Part shown: one piece after another, positions 56,018-64,000 of the stretch | Layout: every line of letters starts with the position of its first letter | How positions within the stretch are numbered: the first letter of the stretch is position 1 | Source of the DNA: an uncultured Acidobacteriota bacterium | Lineage (GTDB): Bacteria > Actinomycetota > Acidimicrobiia > Spongiisociales > ZC4RG35 | Direction: 5' to 3' | NCBI GenBank assembly: GCA_963828465.1 | Contig: CAWHEU010000002.1 | Span: 1 to 64,000 of the forward strand | Length of the DNA stretch: 64,000 nucleotides | Made by a program: the position numbers and the translations under genes | The notes under the pieces: generated by a model | What the model saw: only the letters and a program-made list of their open reading frames with translations | Told to the model about the DNA's origin: nothing | Database searches by the model: none

Positions 56018-57364
56018 TCAGAGCTGGCCCGTAGGGCCCGCTATCGAAGCCAGATAGTCGGCGTCGTCGTAACGCTCGAGCAGGAACGCGTCCGAGTAGG
56101 AAGGCAACTCGGTGCCGGTGACGTGTTTGGCGAGCAGATCGGCCGCCCCGGCGGCGACCATGACCCCGAACCCGGAGAGCCCGGCCATCAGATTGAACCC
56201 GGACGGGCCGGCAGGGCCGACGAGGGGGCGGTTCTCCCTGGTCTTGGTGTAATAGCCGCCGTCCACGACTGATTGGGGTAGTCGCTCCCGGTAGACGTCG
56301 AACCCCGGGACCATGGTCGTCAAACCCCGCACCACAACTTCGGGGTAGATGGGATCTTCGGGTAGCGGCCACGAAGGCTCCTGCACCACACCGTGGTACT
56401 CCCACAGACCAAGTAGATACGGCGAGCCTTCTGCCTCCCTCAGGTCGAAAATGGCAGAAGATCGGCATCTCACCGAGCAGGTCATCCCGCCCCTGTTCGG
56501 CCAGAGCCTCCCGCTCCGCGGCGCTCCAGTCGAGCTGTTGAGTGTCGCTCCAGATGACCATCGGAGCATCCCTTGGCACGACACCCAGGTGATCCCGGTA
56601 AGCCACCTTGATGTGAAGCTCCGAGAACAGAGGCAGATCGACGCCGGCCAGGGCGGCAACTCTTCCGGCCATCGGCCCGGCTGCGTCGATGACCACCTCG
56701 GTGGCGATTTCGTCACCACCGGCGAGCGAGACCGACCGGATCGCTCCTGCGGACACGTCGATGCCGGACACCTCGTCGACTACGAACTGCAGCCCTCTCT
56801 CCTTGCTCTGGTCCAGCATCCACGCCCCAGTTGCTGGGCACTGAACCAGCCTGCTCTCCGCACGTGGATCGCCCCCACGGCTTCCGGGGTCAGGTAGGGG
56901 AAGTGATCGAGTACCTCGTCGACCCCGACCAAGATGTCGGCGCCTTCCGGGGCCCCGACGAAACCCTCAGGTGGCGACGAACGGTATGGGAAAGGCCCGG
57001 GATGGAAACGCACCGGACCGGCACCCAGGGTCGAGGTGTGATGGGCATCCTCGACCATTCGGTGAAAGTTCTCCTCGTCTCCGGATACGAAGAGGTAGCC
57101 ACGGCGGTTCAAGGCGAAGCTATTGCCCGACTCGGCCGCCATCGATTCCAGCAGGTCGATCGATCGGCTCATCAGCCCCACCATGGGGAGGTTCGGCCAC
57201 CAATTTCGATAGCACTCGGTCGACTTGTCGGAGGTGAGCGACATGGGCGGGCGTGGATCGACGATCACGACATTCCCGATCCCGTGCCTGACCGTGAGCT
57301 CGTAGGCCGCGGAGACGCCGGCGATCCCTGCGCCCACTACGACGACGTCGGCCGTCCGGCTCAC
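56018..57364 (-). CDS. DAO/sarcosine-oxidase-like FAD oxidoreductase; frameshifts
   Basis: VVVGAGIAG, AAGP, GLSGFG. Confidence 0.8.
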
Positions 57365-57365
57365 C

Positions 57366-59314
57366 TCACGACGAGAGATGGTCCCGGACCCGGCGGCGAG
57401 GGCCGGGCCGGTGAAGCCGAGCTTCTCGGCGATGACGGTGTCGGGTGCCGACTCCCCGAAATGGTCGATCGCGAGGATCAACCCATCCGGGCCTACCAAG
57501 CGTTCCCATCCGAATGGGGAGGCCGCCTCTACGGCGACCCTGGGGGCAGTCCCGAGCACGCCGGATCGATATGGCTCGTCCTGCTCGAAGAAAAGCTCCC
57601 GAGCAGGGGAGACTCACCACCCGCGCCGCTATGCCTTCGCCATCGAGGAGATTCGCCGCATCGACGGCGACATGCACCTCCGAGCCGGTGGCGATGAGCG
57701 TGACATCGTCGCCTTCACGGAGCACGTAGCCGCCCTTCTTCACCCCGGCACGGTCGGTCTCCAGGGTGGGTAGATCCTGACGGGTGAGGAGCAGGCCGAC
57801 CGGGCCATCAGTTCGATTGAGAGCGATTTCCCACGCGGCGAGGGTCTCGTTGGCGTCGGCGGGTCGGACCACCCACAGATTGGGCATGGCCCTCAGCGAG
57901 GGGAGGTGCTCGATCGGCTGATGCGTCGGGCCATCCTCGCCGAGGAAGACGGAGTCGTGGGTCCACACCCACACCGATGGGGCCGACATCAACGCAGAGA
58001 GACGGACGGCAGGGCGCATGTAGTCGCTGAAGACGAAAAAGGTGGCGGCGTAAGGCTTCAGCCCGCCGTGCACCGCCAAGCCGTTGGTGATGCACCCCAT
58101 GGAGTGCTCCCTCACGCCGAACGGGATGTCCCGGGCCGACGGGTCGGCTGCTGAGTAGCGACGAGACGAGTCGATGACAGTCTTGGTCGAACGCGACCAG
58201 GTCGGCGGAGCCACCAAGGAAGCCGGGCACCTTCTCTGCGATCTCCGAGAACAGCTTGCCCGAGGCCGAGCGGGTAGCCATCTTCTCACCTACGGCGAAT
58301 CCGGGGCCTTTCAACTCGACTGGGGCCGGGGAGTGCAACTGGTGCCAGAGCTCCCGCTGGTCCTCGCCCGCGCTCTCCAATCGCTTTGCCCATTTCGTGC
58401 GCTCCTCCCTCCCCCAGCCGGTGGCCATCTCGAAGAACTCGTAGATCTCCGGTTCGACATGGAACGCAGGCTCGATCGGGTATCCCATGGCCTCTTTGGC
58501 CAAGGCGATCTCCTCATCGCCCAACGGGGAGCCGTGTGATGCTGCGGTGTCCTGGGCGTTGGGGGCTCCGTGTGCGATGTGGGTATGGCAGATGACGAGG
58601 GAGGCTGATCCTCGAGATTGATCGCAGCCCCTATCGCCTCGTCGATGGCCTCCAGGTCGTGCCCGTCGATCTCCTGGGTGTGCCAGCCCTGAGCCTGAAA
58701 CCTCTTCGCGACGTCCTCGGCAAAGGTGATGTCGGTTGACCCGTCGATCGAGATGTCGTTGTCGTCGTACAGGTAGATCGAGCTTGCCCAGCGCGAAACC
58801 GGCCCGCCAGAGATCCGGCCTCGGCACTCACTCCCTCCATCAGGTCGCCGTCGCTGACGAAGCCAAAGGTGCGGTGATTCACCAGGTCCTCGCCGAGGCG
58901 GGCTCTGAGATGTGTCTCGGCGATGGCCATCCCGACACCGGTGGCGAATCCCTGGCCCAATGGCCCGGTCGTCATCTCGATCCCCAGCTTTTGGTCGATC
59001 TCCGGGTGCCCGGCAGTGTGGCTGCCCCACTGCCGGAAACTCGTCAGGTCGTCCATGGTCAGGGGGAAGCCGCAGAGATGGAGCATCGAGTAGAGGAGCA
59101 TCGAGCCGTGCCCGTTGGAGAGGACGAACCGGTCTCGGTCCGGCCAGTCTGGAACCGTCGGGTCAACCTTCAGGAAACGGCCCCAGAGGGTCACCGCGAT
59201 CTCGGCCATTCCCATAGGCATCCCTGGATGACCGCTGTTGGCCTTCTGGACGGCATCCATGGCCAGCGCCTTGACGGTGTCGACCGCCAGTTTCTCGATC
59301 CCGTTGTTTGCCAT
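57366..59314 (-). CDS. tkt: Transketolase; several frameshifts
   Basis: [39 protein letters not shown]. Confidence 0.95.
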
Positions 59315-59350
59315 AGGCCCCGGGAGGCTACCGGCGCCGGAGTAGGGCGG

Positions 59351-60105
59351 CTAACCGGGCCGGCAGACCTCGCACGGTCGGAAACCGGCCGATTGGGCGG
59401 CGGCCGTCGAGGTGAAGTCGACCACGTTCCATTGGCCAGATGCCCTGATTACATGACACGTGGGATGGCAGTACACCCCCGTGGCGGGATCGCCCTGGAC
59501 TCGAACATGATGGTCTGCCAGCTCTACGAGGCGCGCCGGCTCCACCCCCTCATGGGTGAGCAGCTCCCACTTGTTGTGGGGCCCACCCAGCGAGTACTCG
59601 CCGAGATGGCCATCGGATCGCACCACTCGGTGGCAGGGGATGATGAGCGGGATCGGGTTGCGGGCCATCGTCGATCCGACTGCTCGGGATGCCCCCGGCT
59701 TCTCCGCCTCCCGGGCCAGCCAACCATAGGGCCGGACCTCACCTCTAGGGATAGTGGCGGCGATGTGGAGAACCCTGTTCTCGAACGCCGTCCGCGACCT
59801 GAGGTCGACCGGAAGACGGCCGGGCGTCCCTGCCTCCATCGCCTCCGGGATATGGCGGCCCCAATCGGCAGGAGGCTCGGCCCGGAGCAAGCGGCGACTG
59901 TGCCGGTTGGCGAACGCGTCTCGTAGCCCTTGGTGGCCAGATCGAGAGACGAGACTCCCTCGGTGTTGAAGGTGACCACGACCTCGCCCAGTGGTGAGGG
60001 GTAGAGGTCGTACCCATCCGCCAGCCCGGTGCCGAGCGCCACTCCTTCGCTGATGCCGTCCGGCAATCCGCCGGCGAGTCCTGACAGTTGGTCTTCGATG
60101 CTCAT
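59351..60105 (-). CDS. ogt: O6-alkylguanine DNA alkyltransferase with C-terminal Ada Zn-binding domain; frameshift near 59915
   Basis: IPCHRVV active site; TGVYCHPTC and GFRPCEVC Ada motifs. Confidence 0.88.
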
Positions 60106-60620
60106 TGTTCTTGCTCCATCACTCGTCTCAGGCGGTCCAGTCCACGATGGATGTCTGCCTTGACCGTGCCCTGCGGTCGTCCTGTGGCCTCCGAGATCTC
60201 GCCGATCCCGAGCCCGACCACGTGCCGCAGCACTACCGCCCTTCGTTGGTTGATCGGTAATGCCGAGAGCCGGTCGTCCCAGGCAGTGGTGTCGGGCGGC
60301 TCCGGGTCCTCAGATGCAGCTTGTTCGTGCAGGTCCACGAACGTGGGCCGCCTCGATCGGGTCCGAAGATGATTCCGGCCGAGATTCAGGGCGATGGTCC
60401 ACAGCCATGGCGACAGCCTGAGCTCCTCGAACCTATCCCGCTCGAACTCTCCGAGCGATCGATAGGCCCGGATGAAGGTCTCTTGGGTCAGGTCCTCGGC
60501 CTCCTGATGATCGCCGCATAGACGGCGCAGGCCCCAGTAGAGCCCCGGGCCGGCACTCTCCACCAGGGTGGGGAAGGCGCCGTCGAGGTCCCTGGCCAGG
60601 GCTGCGGTCAGATCATCCAT
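60102..60620 (-). CDS. ECF sigma factor
   Basis: AEDLTQETF, PWLWTIALN, GTVKADIHRG; ATGA overlap with ogt. Confidence 0.88.
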   Translation of the reverse strand: MDDLTAALARDLDGAFPTLVESAGPGLYWGLRRLCGDHQEAEDLTQETFIRAYRSLGEFERDRFEELRLSPWLWTIALNLGRNHLRTRSRRPTFVDLHEQAASEDPEPPDTTAWDDRLSALPINQRRAVVLRHVVGLGIGEISEATGRPQGTVKADIHRGLDRLRRVMEQEQ

Positions 60621-60629
60621 CGCAAGGAG

Positions 60630-60656
60630 AACACCAAACGGGATGCACGGGTTGCA
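60630..60656 (-). promoter_or_regulatory. Candidate ECF autoregulatory promoter
   Basis: TGCAAC-N17-TGTT, 9 nt before the sigma ATG. Confidence 0.5.
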
Positions 60657-60674
60657 CCTTCGCACCGTACTTAC

Positions 60675-61366
60675 ATGAGGGCGATGGACGGCTCATGGGT
60701 CGGGGCGACTCTGGACGAAGCGGAGCGGGCGGTCTCGACGGGCTCGCCCATCGGGCCCAGCGGCTTCTGGAAGGCGGTGGATGCAGTCAAACGCGACCCG
60801 GACCTGATTGAGCAATTCGCCGACCGGATTGCCCGGATCGACCGGGCTGCGTTCAAGACCTGGGCGCTGATCGCGGTCCCGATCTGGCCTGGCACCGTGC
60901 TGATCATTGGGGCGACCCTCATCGGCCTGGTTCTGGTGGGTTGGAGCTACTACCTGGAGGGAACCGGATCGGCCGTGGCGTTCTTGCTCGGGTTCGGGAT
61001 CATCCTGGTCACGACCCATGGTTTGACCCATCTGGTGGTGGGCACTCTCATGGGGATGAGATTCACCCACTGGTTCGTCGGGAAGCTCACCCAGCCCCAG
61101 CCCGGGGTGAAACTCGACTACGCCACATATCTCCGGGCGCCGGCTACCTCGCGGGCCTGGATGCACGCGTCAGGAGCCATCGTCACCAAACTGATGCCGT
61201 TCGTGTTTCTCGGCGCTGCGATCGCCGCCGGGGTCCCGACGTGGGTCGTCTGGGCGCTGGTGGTGATCGGGCTGGTCGAGATCGGTGCCGACATCGTGTG
61301 GTCGACCAAGAAATCCGACTGGAAGAAGTTCAAGCGGGAGATGGAGTTCGTCTTCTCCTCCCGTAG
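60675..61366 (+). CDS. Hypothetical multipass membrane protein (true stop probably within repeat D)
   Basis: Several TM helices, THGLTH; as sequenced it runs about 150 nt into the MFS gene. Confidence 0.6.
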
Positions 61367-61397
61367 GGGGGAGTACCGGCGGAGCCGGGGAGGGGGG
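61353..61397 (-). repeat. REP-like repeat copy D
   Basis: Reverse complement CCCCCCTCCCCGGCTCCGCCGGTACTCCCCCCTACGGGAGGAGA matches copies A and B. Confidence 0.8.
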
Positions 61398-61403
61398 ATC
61401 TCC

Positions 61404-63063
61404 TCAGTCCGCGTCCTGATCTGCCATGGTCGGGATCGAGCCGTCGGTCTGATGCATTTCCTCGTGGGTGCTGATCAATTCAGCGAAGTTGGGAGGGTCT
61501 TCGACGTCGACCGAGATCAGGTGTCTCGTGACCGGGCCTTCCGCCCGATCGAATGACCGGGCTCGGGCGATGATGTCGGCCGAAGCGTCGTCGATGCGGC
61601 GATGCTGGGCCAGGTGCTCCTCCCACGAACCCGTGGCGAAGAGCTCAGTGAGTCGGGTGGGGTCGCTGACGTTCCGCAACAGCCGCCACCGATAGGCGCC
61701 GGTGCGGAGACGCACGAGCCTGACCAGATTCATCACGGCGATGAACTCCTCGAGATCGGCGAGATCGATCTTCCAGGTGTTCAGGATCAGGACCGGCCCA
61801 CCCTCGACCGTCTCCTCCTCGTGTAGTGGGCCGGGACGGTCGGGCGTGAACTCCGGCGACTCGATCTGATCGAGACCCGGCAGGTGAAACAGCGGCACCA
61901 GGGCGCCGAGCACCACCGAAGCCGAGCACAGGATGACGATCGCGGTCCCAGTTCCCACCGTGTCGGCGAGGACCCCGGAGAGGATGGAACCCAGCGGCAT
62001 GATGCCGAGGAAGGAAAAGCTGTACAGCGACATCGCACGGCCCCGGATCCACTCCGGCGCCATCAACTGTGCGGTTGCGTTGAGGTTGGTCAGCGTGAGC
62101 ACCCAGAAGGCACCGGATAGGAACATGAAGAAGGCGGCCATGGCAATGCTGGTCGAGAGGCCGAGGCCGATCCCGACCAGGCCGAACAGACCGATCGTGA
62201 CCATCGGGGCCCATCGGTGGAATCGATCGATGAAGCGCTGTCGCACAACCGTGGCCACCAGGGCGCCGACTCCCATGGCGCCGAGCAGGATGCCGAGGGT
62301 GGTGGCAGTGCCGCCGATGGCCTCGTTGTGACCCGGCAACACGGACTGCACGACCGAAGAGGTAATGGCGAAGAGCGAAACGAGGAGCAGCAGCCGGCGG
62401 AAGACCGGGGTGAACCTGGCGTAACGGATGCCGAGCAGGATCGCGGTGCCGAGCGGTGCCGGGTCGCGCTCCCTCTTCTCGAAGGTGTGCCTCACCATCA
62501 GCAGCCCGGCGATGACGAAGCCATAGGTGAGAGCGTTGATTCCGAATCCGACTGCGGCTCCGAAAACGGCGTAGATGATTCCGCCCAGTGCCGGCCCGAC
62601 TGCCCGGGCCACGTTGAAGGCAGCAGACTGGAGCGCCACCGCCGAGGCGATCGAGACCGCGAGGCACCATGTCGGGGAGCAGGGCCTGCCAGGTGGGGAG
62701 GTTGAGAGCCACCCCGGTGCCGAGGACGAAGCCGAGCCCGAGCAGAAGCCCCGGCGTTATCGCCCCGGACGCGGTGAAGATCGCCATGGCGAGAGCCGAT
62801 CCCCCCATGATTCCCTGGGCGACCAGCATCAGCTTGGTCCGGTCGAACATGTCGGCGAGGGCGCCGGCGGCAAGGGCGAAGAAGAGGAGGGGGAGGGAGG
62901 TCGAGGCCACCATGAGACCGACCCACGTATTGGACCCGGTGAGGTCGAACATCAACTGGGACGAGGAGAGGCTCTGGATGAACGTGCCGAAAGCGGACAG
63001 CATCGACGCCACCCAGAGCGTGCGGAAAGAGCCATAGCGAAGAGGGGCGACCGCCGAGGTCAT
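61404..63063 (-). CDS. MFS transporter (MFS_3 type) with C-terminal domain; frameshift near 62650
   Basis: GALADMFDR, FNVARAVGPALGG, RGRAMS, SWEEHLAQH. Confidence 0.85.
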
Positions 63064-63096
63064 CTCCTACCAGCGTAGGCCCGGTAGGTTCGCGAG

Positions 63097-63729
63097 GTGG
63101 TACGGGACCTCGCCTACTTCATCTCCGGTGACTCAGGCCCGGGACCCGGAGTGATGGTCCTCCATTCGTTCTGGGGTCTCACGCCGTCGGTCAAGAGCCT
63201 GTGCGATGACCTCGCCGATCACGGCTACACGGTCCTTGCCCCGGACATCAACTTCGGCGAGCTGCCTGCCTCGGAGCAGGAGGCCCTCGATCATCTGGGC
63301 AAGGCGGACCCCAACCGGCTGGCCTCGCTGGTCCTTTCCTCGGCCAAGCTCCTTCATGAGAAGTCAACCGAGGGCCCGATCGGGATCGTGGGCTTTGGCA
63401 TGGGCGGGTCTCTGGCTCTCTGGGCATCGGTTCGTCTGGCCGAACTGGTCAGTGCGGGAATCTCTTTCTACGGCAGCCAGCAGATCGACTTCGCCGGGTC
63501 CAAGGCCGCCTTCCTGATCCACCTCGCCGAGGAAGACGAGTACGTGTCGGACGACGAAGCCGCCTTCATGGAGGCAACGATGCGTCTAGAGAACCTCGAG
63601 GTCGAGGTCGATGAGTACCCGGGCACCCGTCACGGGTTCGCCGAGCCCGACGGTGACACCTTCGACCCCGCCGCTTTCGATGAGGCATGGGGTCGGACAC
63701 TGGTCTTCCTGGGCGAGCGACTCGGCTGA
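63097..63729 (+). CDS. Dienelactone hydrolase-like protein (Gly at the usual Cys nucleophile)
   Basis: HSFWGL, GFGMGG, YPGTRHGF. Confidence 0.8.
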   Translation: MVRDLAYFISGDSGPGPGVMVLHSFWGLTPSVKSLCDDLADHGYTVLAPDINFGELPASEQEALDHLGKADPNRLASLVLSSAKLLHEKSTEGPIGIVGFGMGGSLALWASVRLAELVSAGISFYGSQQIDFAGSKAAFLIHLAEEDEYVSDDEAAFMEATMRLENLEVEVDEYPGTRHGFAEPDGDTFDPAAFDEAWGRTLVFLGERLG

Positions 63730-63747
63730 TCGCAGATCCATGGGCAG

Positions 63748-63967
63748 TCAGGCCACCGGTGGGTCGGCAGGCGTCTCTGATCGCCAGGGTGACCGCCACT
63801 CCGCCGCTTCCCAGCCGTCCATGATGTAGATGCGTTCGTGCGGGACCTGGTCACCGCGGAACTCCAGGATGTTCACCGCGAACAATCTCGTGCGAGATGT
63901 CTTCGTCCTTGCCCGAGTACTGCCAGTGGCGTTCGAGGGCTTCCTGCAAAGTGACGTCGTCGAGCAT
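63748..63967 (-). pseudogene. SnoaL/NTF2-family gene with internal deletion
   Basis: MLDDVTLQEALERHW..HEI joined out of frame to VNILEFRGD..ERIYIMDGWEAAEWR; AAGGAG RBS. Confidence 0.55.
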
Positions 63968-64000
63968 CGACCCGCTCCTTGTTCGAAGTCTTCCGATGCT

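Noticed and set aside
56780-57559. Transketolase C-terminus fused to FAD oxidoreductase
   Set aside because: Frameshift artefact; tkt stop at 57366 and GTG at 57364
61404-61556. 150-bp convergent overlap of membrane protein and MFS gene
   Set aside because: Read-through passes through repeat D homopolymers; a TAG at 61364-61366 is one base off frame

Overview
High-GC actinobacterial chromosomal window; the dnaK-grpE-dnaJ-hspR operon, DUF222/HNH gene and LexA box point to Actinomycetota, and Acidimicrobiia is my inference. Many genes, including transketolase, are broken by single-base indels, most likely long-read errors rather than real pseudogenes. Contents: (1) 0-13 kb general-stress island (CsbD, DUF421, two STAS proteins, two RsbW-like proteins, PAS-GAF-PP2C phosphatase, GAF-ANTAR, CorA, Rieske-FAD oxidoreductase) with about 9 SigB/SigF-type promoters but no cognate sigma gene in the window. 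(2) A complete trpEGDCFBA-aroF operon with an unannotated leaderless WWWAW leader peptide and attenuator. (3) PadR-NfeD-SPFH, mscL and the dnaK operon. (4) Mixed housekeeping genes, including an orphan beta-class DNA methyltransferase. (5) A DosS-like GAF kinase/NarL-type regulator upstream of an SDR and a QueA paralogue. (6) A LexA/PafBC-type controlled DUF222-HNH gene. (7) Tandem kinase-less sensor-like membrane proteins. (8) A SigG-like ECF sigma with three candidate CGATGA-N18-GTC promoters. (9) An ECF sigma coupled to an Ogt carrying a C-terminal Ada Zn domain, a candidate new alkylation-response switch. A family of GC-rich two-hairpin repeats lies within the 3' ends of coding sequences. 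No rRNA, tRNA, CRISPR array, transposase or prophage was seen. All family calls are from motif recognition, not database searches.
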